Of a stretch of DNA of 64,000 bases, positions 29,985 to 44,460 are shown piece after piece. Position numbers and translations under genes: made by a program. The stretch's first letter is position 1. Each line of letters starts with the position of its first letter. The notes under the pieces are model-generated. The model saw only the letters and a list, made by a program, of their open reading frames with translations. It had not been told where the DNA came from and did no database searches. The stretch comes from Tubiluchus corallicola (Eukaryota > Animalia > Priapulida): contig JAQGDQ010000048.1 in assembly GCA_030141605.1 (NCBI GenBank), positions 248,001-312,000 on the forward strand, given 5' to 3'.

Positions 29985-32900
29985 TTATATCCTGAAGGCA
30001 TAAGAGTCGCTAAGAGTTGCATACCGCACCCATCTATATGGCACATAGGACTGACCGCTTTCAAACACGCGAATATAAGCCAGATGTATGTTAGAAGGCA
30101 CGAAATTTGAAATTTCGAAGTCCATCATTGCTGGACCGTATTCTGCACGTTGAGCTGTAGATCGACTTGCAAGCAAAATCTGAAATCATGAATTAATATT
30201 GCACACACTTCCTGCACCAATATACCACACACTGAATTACTGTGTTTTGTTGTCATTCTAAGTTCCACCATTGAAACAACAGTGCTCTAAAAACACATTA
30301 CTATGGTCACAGAACTGGATGGGATGTAACAGTTTCTGGAATTTAATTCACTCAGTATTTTTGTCATTAAATGAGTTAATCTGTGTTATTATAGGGTATA
30401 ATTAAGTTACCTAAAATAAATTTAGAAACCTTATATTGCACTCAAAGGCAGTATAACTAACTATAAACACTAACTATAAGAAACATTAATATTAGTGAGT
30501 TTATGCATCAACCTTAAACTGAGCTCGCTCTTCTGAGTGTCCAGACATCGAGGATATTCTCCACACTAATCGTTTCTCTGGAGGCAAATATTCGGCCGAA
30601 TGACCAGAACCTTCTAGCCTTTGAGTAATTCTGCAAGAAATAGATACTATAAGTTTATGTTCATCACATTTCAGAAAAAAAAATGCTAAATCTCTCTAGT
30701 AATTATGGCAGTGTCTTAAAGAAAGTGAAATCTGTTTTATTTGCTAAATAAATACTGGCATATTACAACTCATTCAACTGACAAGAAAGATTTTTAGCGA
30801 AACAATCTTTATTGTTTAACAACTTGATCTACCTTTTTTTAACGACATACCCAATAATACATGATTCATATAAAAAAGGTACCAATAAGAAATCATCATT
30901 TTACATTTTCTGCTCAGGCTCTACTGACTTAACAAAAATGTGAAGAAAGTTAGGAGGCAAAAGCTAGGTGAACACTGGAGACTTTTACTGGACAACAACA
31001 TGTTTGCATCTAGCGAGTGAGTAGTAGTGGGGTCTTGTATATGTGAACAGGCTAGCAGACTTAATCAACTTATTCTTTTAATCTTTCGAATTACAAACTT
31101 TCATTAGCTGCCGTACTCCACTACTGCCAGCTAGTGGCATCCATATCCCATCAAGTGTTGAATGAGGAAAGGCAATGCGTCTTACCTTTTTTCTTTGGTA
31201 ACATGTGTCACTGATCACTTCTTTTATATATGAGAGGAGAGCTTTTGGGAGTACTTTTCAGGCGAACTGCGTGCGTAAACCAGCCATGTAGAATTATAAA
31301 TTTAATTTTTACGATCTTTTGTCGTTGTACCACTTCACTCTGGTCCTGAGATACAGTCACTGTTACATTTTGTTAAGATGCACAGAGGATTTTAAGAATG
31401 CATTTTTAAACATTGAAATAAAGCCCATTTCACAGTTGGGTTATTACAGTATCACCATGCTTTTCATACTGAGGACAGGTAATTCCTGAAACTGTCAAGC
31501 CTCTTTATACAACTCGCTTTATACCGACCAGATAAAAGTTGGCATTGTAGTAACTTTGGTGTTATAACCGTGTGTTAAATTTTGTGATAGATGTATCACA
31601 AAAGAGCCAGACAGGTTTATACAGGTTACAGCCTTCAATTTTCACTCGAAAGCTTAATGAATTAAAGAAAATTATTATATTAATCATTTGTGAATTAATG
31701 ACTCACTCAAAATCAAACAATTTCTTCTTTATCAAGAAGTTTTGTTTACATAACGAAATTGTCATGTACTAGTCTATATAACAGGCTGTAAGCCTACTGC
31801 TCCACTAAGCATGCATACGTAAAAGTCAAGTCATAACCACAAATTTAGAGCTGCAATTATAAGCATTTAGAGCAAACTTGACAAAAAATTATTTTGACAT
31901 TTCAAAAAAATGTAACTCTTGAGTACTTTGCTGAAGTTAGCTCATTCAACCTGACTAGTGGTTTATTTAGTGTTTTTATTTCACTTTACACACATGCTGA
32001 TTGGCTTCAAAATACTTTTCCAATGTTAATAAAGTACGTTTGGCTTTTGTTGCTTGAGGGAAGTATGCCATCGGGTTCTGTCTGTGCATTTTTTCTTCAT
32101 TCTCATCTTCTCCATCTTTCGACATTTTTAACATGTCCAAAATTTCTGCATCCTCTAAAATGAATGTGGCTTTGGCATTCTTGTCAACATCAGAAAATTC
32201 CTCATTAGTCAACAACTTCAACAGATGAATGTGAAAACGTGTTACCAGTCTTTCAAACAAATTCTCACCATTAGCACAAATGATATATTCAATGCTACTA
32301 CCAGCTTGATCACTATCATCCTGCTCGCTGCTATTGCTCTGCTCAGGTGGTGACACATTTGTGTATCTCATCCATATTAATAACATCTCGCAGAGAATAA
32401 TTTTCCAGAACTCTCCTTGCTTAAAAGATCAATACCAAGTTCTTTACCAAAAAAACATTGTTTTTCAGCATTTCTTGGACAAGTGGAGTCTTTTTTGTAT
32501 GTGTCACAAGAACCACAAAAACAATGATTTCTCCATCTCATGCAGGTCTGAACTTTTTTACAGACAACTCGAATTTTTAAACAGAGAGCCACTTATCTGC
32601 ACTGTTCAAATATCACCAACAGTCCTCCTTTTAATAGGCTCATTCCATAAAGCGGAAAAATGATCAGCAATTTCTTGCTGCGATTTGTTTGGATGATTCT
32701 CTGAAAACAAGCAAATATCATGCTTCTCGCTGGCGAAAAAAGAGCCATGTGTTTTCTTGTCAGTTGCCAATGTGACTGCATGGCTTTGACAACAATGTTA
32801 TTGTGACTGTATGACACACTGTACAGCTTGCAAGCAGAACACGATATCAAGCATTATTTATACAACACATGATGTCTGGCCAGTGTCAGCAACTCAATGG

Positions 32901-35900
32901 AGAATATAGCTGTCTCATACAGCTAGCATTATATCGAGAAGCTGGTGGTGTTAGTTGAGACTATTGGCAGTATTTCCCCATTGAACATCTTATAATTAAT
33001 TTCGGTGGTATGGACTTAATATATGTGTGCTTGCATAGCAAAATCGTTCATAAGCCCGCAATTAACCTTTTCTAGTTATTCACGTACCCTGAATCTCCAT
33101 TTCATGAGGATCATTTTGATACCAAGTTCATCGCTCTGCTCTGTGTTATTTCTAAGCTGAGATAATCCACCGTGAAGTTAAGGCGCAGGCTATGCACTGA
33201 AAAACATAATCTCGAGAAATCGCTGTTAAAGTCAGCCATTGTTTTTTGTCGCGTCTCTACAAAACACTTAGCAACCGTACGAAAGTGTGGTTGCTATGGA
33301 CTTTGCAAGAGCACATTGAAGTTATGTTTAAATCCAGTAGATGGCTCTTCCTGACGAAGATTTGGGCTTGTCTACAGAAAAAACCCGAAGCAAAATGACT
33401 GCTTCCACGAGCTACTATCGGAGTTTGAAAATACAAGTTTTCTGCAATTGCAGTACTAGTCTCTAAACAGAGATGTGGGCGCAGAGTTATAAAATTAAAT
33501 TTTTAGTATTTTTGAACATTTTCTTGATAATTTGATGCTAGAATATGAAAGTCCAGTATATTTGGCCTTTGTTTTTTATAAAGAAACAAAAAATTAAAAT
33601 TAGACCAAAATTTTAGTGCATTCTACTTTGAAGCATCATAATGTAGTTTTAACTATGCCGACTTATGGACCGTTTTGATTTGCAAGCACACATATGTAAC
33701 ATTAATTTGCTTGGTGGATGACTGTTGAATACAGCCATTTCGTTCCTATATTTTGCAGGCGGTAAACGAGTTCGGCGGTATAACGAGGTTTAACTGTAAT
33801 CCCTAATTAGTAGTTCAGTCACCAAACTGCTTGAAAGACTTAGCATGACCTTCTTTATCATATGATATATGGGGAGTCAGAACCTAAACGAAAACATACA
33901 TTGTTGCTTATGATACAGAACTATGTAAGTTAGTAAATTTCAAACGCTCACCCATTTACCAAAAAACCTGCTTTGCCTCCTGAACTAAAACTGCTAAGTG
34001 AAACTTTTGGAACTTTCAAATTTTTATTTAGATGCCACTCTACAAAGCAGCATGTAATACGTGTCCATACTGTGAAACAACATGCTGATGGTACATTTTT
34101 GCATTTCCTGAATAGTAGGTGAAACTACCTAAAAAGACCAAAAAAAGTAACACCCAACTCTGTTACAATGTATTTGAATGAATATCACGCTTACCCAGTA
34201 GATGATTTTGGTAAAGGAATGGTCACAGTTATATTGACAGCCTTTGCTGTTACCGGAACATCACAGTATAGTCTTACCATTAATTCAACATCTCTAAAAA
34301 TGACAAAAAAAAATATATATATATATATCACATTTCGTGAAAACTAACTTTAAGTACAGCCTCTTGACATATACAGTGCCCATACTTTTTACAATCGCAA
34401 CCTGTTTTGAGCAATGAAAAATAAAGTGAAAGATTTCCTTTCTTCGAGAATAGCCATATTTCATTAAAATATTAATATCTGATATTGCTACAAGATCTAA
34501 ATAAGGTATAAAGGGATTATAAAATGGACAGTTATTTTTCTAAAACTTGTACAACCAATATTTGTGGGTATATAATAACATTTACAAAAAATTAATTCAT
34601 TTTTTCCATTTGCGAATGAAATATTACAAGACGAAGGAGTATGATATTTTATAATACAGAAAAGCATCAAAAATATATAATAATCTTACATATGTAAATT
34701 GCTTTCATATCTAAAACATATAATACAGTTTGATATAATTATGTATTAAAAGATATTCACAATTAAAAATTCATCAAATTTGACAAGTTAGCCTAAAAAT
34801 TATTGAAACGCAGAAAAATTAATTAAACAACTTATTAATTAAGTAATAATGAACTTTACAGCAGTAAACGTGTCCAATTTTGTAAGGCTGTCAGTGTACT
34901 TCAACTGCTATACTTTGTAGTGGTAAAAGAATTTCCAAGTTTAATAGCAGTAACACATACTGAACGAAGGCATTATAAAACCTACCACGAGGTACTGCAA
35001 GTTCATGAATTAAGATTATATAAACTAACAGTGTCTGTAGAATTTTGGCAAAATGCTTATCACACTTAAAATGGCAAACGAAAACCTCTGTGCAATGAAA
35101 AAATATGTAGTAAGATTAGGGTTATATTTAATATGACGTGAATATGTGACTGACAATTAAGACACAGACAAGAAATGCTTGTACTTTGCCAGCAGCAAAT
35201 GGTTGCAGCATACCTTTCACTATCAGTATCATCTAATGTTACAGAAAGTCGACATGGAAATGGACACTGACTCTGGCCACTTAGCTGGTATTTGAGCACT
35301 GAAAACTAAAACAACAAATCATAGCTTTTACGCACAAATTAAAATGTGTTATAAAATACGATTTGTCAGTTTGTTATTCCAGCAATGTAATAAAATATAT
35401 AAAAAGTGTATCTACGATAAAGTTTTAACTATTTAGCCTGTAACTAAACAGTCATGCATTTACTGCAAGTGTCTTACTGCTTTGTTCACTAGATCAGACA
35501 AAGTCATTTTTGAGATTAACAGATTGAATTTAATAAGTTCAGATTAGTTTACTCTCAATATTATCTCTAAAAGCACAGTCTCACTTAAATGAAATTAATA
35601 AAACACGTAATAAACATGTAACAGTACTTTTTTATTAGAACACTTACCTCACCTTGAGGTGGCGTAATAGTGAGAACATTCCCCTCTGCTAAGTCAAGTT
35701 TTACACTTGGATGAAACTGACAATCTTCCAACAATGTTGAACCATAAGCTGCAACACAAAACAGTAGAAAAGTTCACATCATGAAGGACAAAGCCATTTT
35801 TCAAAAACTTGTATAACTTGATGTAACAAGATTTATGCAACAGCTTGTAATTTTACATGTAAATGTCAGTATAATGATGTTTTATATTTTGGATGAACAC

Positions 35901-38900
35901 AGTTAAAATCCTAATTTTGGTGATATGTAATTTAATATAATGTGTAACTGCTAACATAAAAAATGAAAAAGTCCTTCCCAAACAAACATTTGGCATTCTG
36001 GAGGACAGTTTCTTATATTCAGTAAGACAAGTCCAGTAGCCCTAAAGGCACTAACCGAACTGTCACAAGTACAGTACTATATGAACTCTCAAACAAATTT
36101 AGAAAATTGAAAGTTGTTCACTACCACACTACTGTATGTTGAGATTGCGTTTCGTCCAAATTTTTTTCAAAATCGGTTAAGTATAGTAATCAATGTAATT
36201 ACTTCATAACTGTGTTAGCATCTGAAGAAAATGACAAAGCTGCCCAACACACCTTTCCAACAATAATCTGACCTACAAGATAAACTAAAAAGATAAATAG
36301 TTGACATTAAGCAATCTCATGCCTGAATTTTCTACTTCATCTTCTGTTGTCATGACAATATGCTCGCTGATTCCCATTTTCACTAATGGTGAACCACCTA
36401 GGAAGCTCTTCATTAAGATGTGACCAGTCACTTGTGATCTAATCAAGCTTCCATGAGTATCAAACAATGCAGTAATTCTTTCTATCACATCTATGAATAC
36501 TTCATTGCGTCTCAGCTCAACATCAGACCGTGACTGAATAACAGGCTTGTTTGCTGCAGAACTAGGAACGACCCGTTTTTCTATACCAAACTGAAATTAT
36601 ACAGAGTTTTACACAAAAAATTCATAACAGCAATTTTGTGAAAAAGAGAACAACAATAAACCACTAGTCTGCCAAAACGAGCACTGATTGCTTTTGAAGC
36701 ACCTACTTTTTTATAACTACTACGATCTACCCTGAAATGTTTACAACACATGCATTTAAAAGGTACAGAACGACAACTTTTCCATAAGTACATAGAAAAG
36801 AAGGAAAGCAAGGAATGCACATCCACCAAGAATGTGCAAAAATATTTTAAATTATCTGTCTCAAAGCTTGAAGTGTCATTATATGATGGCAAGAAGAAGA
36901 AACAATAGTACTTACCAAGCCTGACTTCTCTGTAATGTCAAGCTGCACAAGAACTGGTTCACTCTGAATAAAAGGCTTGATTTTCTCAGTTGCTGTCTGC
37001 TGAATAACTCCACAATCCTAAAACACAGGTTTGGCAGACAGTGGGCATGTACAGTAACAGTTACATAGTTAGTGACAGTGTAATAATAGCATGAAAACGA
37101 ACAATATAATAAGGTCATTCACGAAATTTTACTTCAGTTTTTGCATGCAACTGCTAGGAGTAAAAAAATTTTGTACAAGTTTTCACAAATATTTGTGAGT
37201 TTCTTTTATAAGAAAAACTAAGACTAAGCATGTAATGTCAATGCCTAAAAGAAACTAGATTTATGGATCTTTGCTGTAAAGCTTTGAACTAATTGAAATA
37301 GTGAAGGGCTACTAAAATGGACAGATGAATTCAAAGACCACAAAAGCTTCCTTACAATAAGGCATCTAACAATTTTATAAATAAAATCAGATAATCCCAG
37401 TCTAGTGCTTTAAAATGCCTTTACAATGCACTGATGATATTGTAAAAAAATTCAAACCAAACTAAACCTGTGATCATACAGGCAATGAACTGGCATCTAT
37501 ATTTCTTCAAGACTGTTTTTCTATGTGCACGGGTTTCATACTTACACTTGATGGGCGAAGCACTTTTTATACAATAAAATACTTACGACAATCTCATCAA
37601 GGATCTCCAGTACTAACAACAGGTTCTTCCGAATGGAATACTCATTTACAGTACCGCAAAAATCCTTGCATAAATTATAAAATCTGAAAAAAGACATCAA
37701 ACAATTGTGTGTGAAATTTGCCTGTCATCATGAAAGTTCCAGTAACCATTAGTAACAAAGTTGGGGTTATTCTAGTTACTATGTGATGCCCTCATATATT
37801 CAAATTTAAAGTCTTGGGGATGTGTACTTCCGTAAAATTCTTAATCATCCTTACTCCTAGCTCTACACACAATGGCACTGGAGCTAGGAGTAAGTCCCGA
37901 AGCTCAAACCTACTCTAGTTCATACATGAGTCCATCATCTGGCAAAATTTTCAGGTATCTGCATGATCTAAACTATTAAACTAAAATTATGAAACACTCA
38001 ACCACCCCCAGGCCTAGGTCTACCACAGGCAATTCGCATTAAAAGTTGAATTTGCTGCGGCTTCTGCACGAGTCTTTTACCAGAATAGAATATATGAAAG
38101 TTTTAGGACGCAGAATTTGATGAACACAAAGTCTGATGCGAAGCTGCTAAAAAGTTGCTGCGAAAGCTACAGACCTACAATTTTTAACTACAGATTTATG
38201 TCTTCTAATTTTGATGTCCTTGTGGTGTAAAACGTATACTATAGGTACAATATTTAGTTTATAGGCCGAAGCAGTGCTTGTCCAATCTTGCAAATATGTA
38301 TAGAACTGGATACTCAGACATCTTGAAGCCATGACATCTGTGCTAGTTTGGTAAATTCTTTGAAAAGCATTTTGAGCGAATAACATACCTGAGACAAATT
38401 GAAAAATAATTACCTGTGTAAAAACTCTACAATTAGAAAGTTAGACACATCTTCAGTAACCACAGCAACAAAATATAGCCCCTCACGACTTACGTACAAA
38501 TATTTCTTATCTTGGTCAACCTAAAATAAAAACAAATCGAAAACATAACTGAGCCACTGAATTAACATAATTAACTTGATAATATAAAGGATAATTCTCC
38601 ACAATGAGAAACGATAATGACAGAGATGTTAGCCATGCTTGGATAGGTACACAACCTTTTTTTTGCTGACAGCAGTAGGGTAATTCAAACCTTAGAGCAG
38701 GGATGAATTTATAGGGACTCGCATCGGTTTGGCACCATGTGCGATTCAAGAAATACAGAATCTATTTATTATTCTGATTTCAGCTATTTGAAAAATGCAA
38801 ACACGCATAATACATATATAAAGGTGCATCTTTTGTTGATAAGTGGGTTACATGTCTGCCAGTGCAATAATGCAATAAGCAATTTTATTGTTACTTCTAA

Positions 38901-41405
38901 CTTCTAACCAACTGCCACATTTGTTTGCCTATTAAATTTTTAATGATTTGCTATAATTTCCTAACTCTCACAATATTTTTTTAGGAATCACCAGTTATTA
39001 AACTTATGCAGTAATATGCCGTTTTAAACAACCACTTGCAGCAAAAGCAGCTGCAGCCACCATCTTTTTGACACACAACATGTTTATGAAACAAGCCAAA
39101 TTTGGCAAATGTGGATAATTTAATTTTTTAGAATACCTTATTAAAAAGCAATGACTTCAGTTATGAGTTTGATTGTAGAACAGTGTATTTTCAGTAGTGC
39201 TACATTAAAAATGCCTTCGTGTTTGTCTACTATTATTATTGAAATATGTAACCATTGTGCAAATTATTTGCTTCAACAATGATTGCCACCCAAGAATTTG
39301 CAATCCCATTTGAAACTTGTATTTTCAATTTAAAGAAAGAAATAATTGGCCACAGATTGCTGATTTATTATCGGATACTAATTAATCACATACTCCAGAA
39401 AAAAATTGTCCATACAGTATGGTGTTTGGTGGAATGATAGCAAATTGCATTATTTCGCAAATTTCTATTTAGAAACAACAACAAAAACAACAATTATGTT
39501 CATTATTTTCCAGAACAGTACTGTAAGTAAATCTCGCCAATTTGCTGAGAGCAAGTTCTATCTAGTCGGAACACTGTTGCAAGATCTGTTGCAAGTTTTG
39601 CTGAGAGTCAGCTCATGCTTACTATTAGAAGTTCACTCACAGCAATTTTGCTACATAGTCTGAACAAGATGCTTGAGACTTACTTGGCAAGTTACTTGAC
39701 AAGATAACTTGCTAGTCTGAATGTGCCGTAAGGATGAAACAAGTCAGATACAACGGTGTAAACATTGCAAAGAAAAATGTATATGCATGCATTAATGTAA
39801 ACAAAAACAAAATGCTTACAATAATAGGAGGTCCTGATTTTGTCTTTTCTAGTAAATTACTGAAAACTTCTGCGACTAAAGTGGAATAGTTTCCATGATC
39901 TAAAAGGAAATTAGAAAAATAATAAAATAACACGCTGTTAAGTGGTAGGCTTAACGAACAAGGTTATTCACAAACGACAAGGAAAAGCATGTACTGATGC
40001 AAACTACAAATACGTAGTTTAATTAAATTGGGTTATTAAGATAATTCAGAACTTTAAAAAAAAATTTACAATTGTTTATATTGTACATACAGACGTCTAC
40101 GTACAGCATACTCTTGTTTATCATGCGAATACTAAATTACCAATTTGATGTGTGTGATTAACACCCATTGTATGGTCTGATATTAGCACAAATGTAGAGA
40201 AAGTGCATTCAGTCACAAGTGCACCTTTATAATATCTATATCTATATTTATATTCTATCTTTATCCAATAACTTGATAATAAATTGTTATGAAGGAGAAA
40301 AAAGAAAATGAGATTACACACACAATCTCTCAACCAATCTGTGGTTTCTATCATATATTAGAAGTATTACTCCGTTTTTAATCAAGCTGCTAAATTTCTC
40401 AAAATTTTACTTTACAGTGTGCCTTGTGCCATATAATTGTACAACTGTAAGCCTTTTTAATTTATGACATGTGAACTTATTCTGTTTTGTCAGAATAATT
40501 AATTTTGACAAATATTAATTTGTCAGTTTAATAACTGTGGCAAGTGAACAGAATTTCCAGTTTACATGAGTATAAACACTTGTACCTACTCACAGGCTTA
40601 TAGTGCAGTTAAGATATAAATTATTAGGTACACTTCCACACAATGTGCTTGGAAGACTCTCTGGGACAATGTGACTGAGATCTTTTTCATCTAAGATAAT
40701 AAACATGGTGAATAATTCCTTTTAGAGGACAAAAATTTAATTCATACTTAAAATTAGTTTGCAGCTTATCAACTTGAAGTTAATTCCAATAGTAAAACTC
40801 ATACAAATTAAATTTTACTGATTTTCTTTAATATACTACAAAGAAATTAAAATATAATGCAGGGATAATCAGCAGCATGGCAAATCCATAGGCAGATAAC
40901 TGGGAGAACACTTATTACTAATATTACTATATAATATTAGTAACAATTGCCCCATAAAATGCGGCAATTTACGTTTTCTTCACAGATCTTTTTTACACAA
41001 ATTACACAACTGTACAAGCTGGAATACTGCATTTAATGAAGAGATCTATTCAATGCACATGGTTGTGGCAGAACTGGAATCTAACTCAATATCACGGTTA
41101 AGCCACTAAAATGAGACAAAGAATTGGGATGGTGAATAAAATCATCTAGAGCAAGTACTGGTCCTAGCAGTCACCTACCCATTCACTGCCCAACCTTGGC
41201 ATTGCTTAGCTTCAGTCGTTAAGAAGGAACAGATATGACTATTCCAAGTCACACTTCACAACTAAGAATGCTGATTTGTTATATACAGTGTTAAAAAACT
41301 TCACAAGGTCACAAACTAGGCCTACCTAATCTGAATGACATACTTACAGTTCCTGAGAAGGAGAAGTTCTGCTCCACTGTTTGAAATGAATACTGTCTCT
41401 ATCAT
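29985..41405 (-). CDS. AP4M1: AP-4 complex subunit mu-1
   Basis: Phase-consistent exons (5'->3'): 41348-41405 (MIETVFISNSGAELLLLRN), 39820-39899, 38414-38520, 37587-37683, 36916-37017, 36323-36590 (PSSAANKPV...RRNEVFIDVIER), 35648-35748, 35214-35305, 34195-34293, 30513-30630, 29985-30179 (RWVRYATLSDSYAFRI*). Matches recalled mu4 motifs (PSSAASRPV, KNEVFLDVVER, KWVRHLSHSDAYVIRI). Confidence 0.92.
31492..33796 (-). mobile_element. Decayed pogo/Tigger-like DNA transposon in an AP4M1 intron
   Basis: Right end ...ggtataacgaggtttaactg|ta is pogo-like with TA; the left end match is weak; broken minus-strand ORFs at 31976-33350 have an acidic tail and ..AKRTLLTLEKYFE. Confidence 0.45.
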
Positions 41406-41552
41406 ATTGGGAAAATTGCCAACAAATCAATCTGTAATAATATCAATCTTCACTGATTGTCTACAAATAGCAGTTAACATATCTACCCATAATTCCATGT
41501 TTAAATGGCTCTGTTTTTTGCTGCTTTGTTGCATATGCTAAACATTGTGCAA

Positions 41553-42044
41553 CTACATCACCACACAAACTTTAGAATCTCTTTGTTTCTTCTTGTGTTT
41601 TTTGGGCGGATGCCGAATGCTGCTCTGTCGATGTTGTTCCTTAAAATCACCTTGAACAATAACATGTTTTTTATACATTTCAGCATCTTTTTGACCACGA
41701 GATAGTGATGTGATATTGTTACCGCCAAGCAAAAAATCTGGAGGAAGACATAAATGCTGTTCTATTAGTTCTCTTGCCACAGAGTCACCTCCTTCTGCAG
41801 TATTTTCAAATGCTTTTATTTTGTTATTCTCTAAAACCTCACTATCACTATCAGGTTCATTAATTTCATTAAGAAGGTCCGCTTCACTAGGAGGGAAAGT
41901 TCGATGAAAGAAATAACTGTTGGATGATTCGACCGACTTTCCAGCATTATCCTCTAATATATTGTGACTAGAAGTATCCTCATTTGTTTCTTTAAATAAT
42001 TCTACTTCAGTGGAACCAAAAGATGCGGTATTCTGCGAATCCAT
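41553..42044 (-). CDS. Orphan 163-aa acidic protein with polybasic C-terminus and CaaX box (CVVM); putatively prenylated
   Basis: Uninterrupted ATG-TAG ORF in AT-rich DNA; ends PPKKHKKKQRDSKVCVVM*; preceded by a splice acceptor (AG at 42081-42080). Confidence 0.65.
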   Translation of the reverse strand: MDSQNTASFGSTEVELFKETNEDTSSHNILEDNAGKSVESSNSYFFHRTFPPSEADLLNEINEPDSDSEVLENNKIKAFENTAEGGDSVARELIEQHLCLPPDFLLGGNNITSLSRGQKDAEMYKKHVIVQGDFKEQHRQSSIRHPPKKHKKKQRDSKVCVVM

Positions 42045-43689
42045 AGAAGCAAGAACTTTATGCTGTGGACGTCTTTCAACTAAATGTGCAAAACTAAAAA
42101 CACATCCATCTTGCTTGCTTACAGATGCACAAATGTTACGTATGTGTTACGCAACCCTGCCCTATTAGAATTGTGCTTTATTGATTGTATAAGGAGTTCG
42201 TTGCATCCATTATTCATTACACTTCATTATTCTCAGGAATTCATTATTAGAAATAATTGATGACAGCTGTGGCTACTATTGAACATGGTCTGGAATGTTA
42301 ATTAGCTGCTCCCATAATTTTTGAGAGTGGCAGGGTGAACATTTTAAGACAAGCACAATGAATATAAACGACAGTTTCAAAGCTAATATAATCTAATCAA
42401 AATCAATGAGGATAAGCCTATTAACCTGTTTGTGGCAAACAGGTAAACAGGTAAATGGCACAAGATAAAAACACAGAGACGACTAGATCTGTTGTGCAGG
42501 GACTTCGAATTGAGAACAATGGCAAACAATGGCAACAGGCCAACACCCACCATATGAAGATCTGTTACTTGATTTGACATGTTCTTCAGTGTTTTTAAGT
42601 TTTTTTTCTTGATCGACTCCTATAGCTTTTCTGCAACTTCAAATTACTTAGCCTATCTGTAAAAATTATAGCTGTACCATTACTACCATAGAACTATTAT
42701 TATTAGCAGCCCTAGAATTATTAGTAGACAAAGCACGCTTAGAACAATTCTGACCTCGGATGGCTGATAAAATTTCTATTAGAATTGCGAGTAAACAATT
42801 TTCTACAAAGTAACAATTGATTGACAACAATCAAAAGTGATTTAAAATCTGCCAGCTTTACTTTTGCATCACTATGCTCTACTCACATGCCCAATTTTCC
42901 TCCTCTCTCTGCAATGCAACATGCAGAAAATGAGGACAATTTTTTCAAGTAAAACTGGTTTAGCAAAGGCCAGGTTATGAATATCTGCACGCATGCCGTT
43001 GTGTGATTTTTCTAGCACTAATTTAACAAACACTTAAAATTTTCAAATAGTACAAAAGCTGTTTAACGTGTTTTGCCATATTTTTCCTGACATAAATATC
43101 AAAAGTCCTGCTGTGATTTTGTATTTGAGCTGCTTACCTTGGTAATGCATTTAGCCCATTGCCAACATTCATCATGCATTCATTTATTACTATAAATTGT
43201 CGTGTAGGCAACAGATGTTGTGAATGATGGTGTATTGTTTTTTACTGTATCTATTGTCGACTTCAGTTTTAGGTAAATCGAACAGCTGACAGTTTTGGGG
43301 ATTCAGAGGTCAGACCAGTTTTTGCACATTTTGCATGTCTTTGTATCTTTTTATACTCTTGTGTGTTAAAAATAAATATTTTGGAGTTTTTAAAAATATT
43401 AATCGAAGCTGTTGACGTATTGTCGTGATGTGGATTTACCAACTGGTGTAACCTATCATGTATGCAAGATGCTCAACTGACTCTCGTCTCTCCAATAATC
43501 TATTGTGATCAATAAAGCTAGAATGAAACAAATTTGATATTTAATCATAGAAAATAGGCCCACCATGCCACCCTCTTACACAGTATGGTCTTTCGTCACC
43601 TCTGCCCGTATTTATCTGTATAATATGCACTAATATCTTAATGTTGTACTTAATCCAACATACCTTATCCAAAGAAATAAAGACTAGAT

Positions 43690-44460
43690 GATAACTGTCT
43701 GTAAACGGTCCTATCTCAAATGCCTTTTGAAACTGTCAACTGATGAAGCACTGATGGTTGATGAAGAAAAATGGTTCAATGGTTAAACTATGTGATGCGC
43801 AAAGAACGAGGTTCTAGCTGGTTGCACAAATAACTTAGACTCATGACTACGAAGAACTCGGCGAGGCCTGGAAAAAAAGTATGTCACTGTCAACAGTATT
43901 TACACTAATTATTTTGAAGCAGTTCACAAGGTCTACAGTCTCACACCTTTGCTCGAGAGTAGAAATCGAAGTGAGATCCAAATCAATAGCAAGACGAGTA
44001 CATCTATCTTGAGTTTTTGTGAAAGCGTTCTTGAGAGTAGCATACTGGGGTGACCACATAACCGATGGTGGTCCAGCCAACCATGCAACCGATGCTAGTC
44101 CCTGGGGAAATACAATCAGTGATATCATTAACAAAAATAAAGCAGCAGTATGGATCCACTAAAGTTCCTTGGGGGATACCACTTATAACGGGGTGCCATT
44201 CAGTGGATATATCGTTAAGAACAACACATTGGAAAGGATGGGTAAGAAAGGAACTGAACCACTTAAGAAGCTTACCTCTTACACCAGAATATTCCATCTC
44301 AAGTAAGAGAAGTTGGTGGGGTACAAAATCAAATGCCTTTTTGAACTCTAGATGAAGTACATCAATGCCAGACAAAGTAGGATCATTGAAGCAGCTAGTC
44401 CACTGATTTAAACAAGACAATAGATTAGAGACAACTGAACATAGAGAAACACAACCATAT
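43690..44460 (-). mobile_element. CR1-type LINE RT fragment (decayed)
   Basis: IDVLHLEFKKAFDFVPHQLLL...LLKWFSSFL...VISGIPQGT..FIFVND; 3' part STLEQRCETVDLVNCFKI. Confidence 0.8.

Noticed and set aside
33952-34039. Extra AP4M1 cassette exon (good AG and GG|GTGAGC sites)
   Set aside because: 88 nt with an immediate in-frame TAA; the protein is complete without it. At most a poison or pseudo-exon.
41158-41235. Second 5S-like sequence on the minus strand
   Set aside because: Too degenerate to call; possibly an old SINE3 head fragment.
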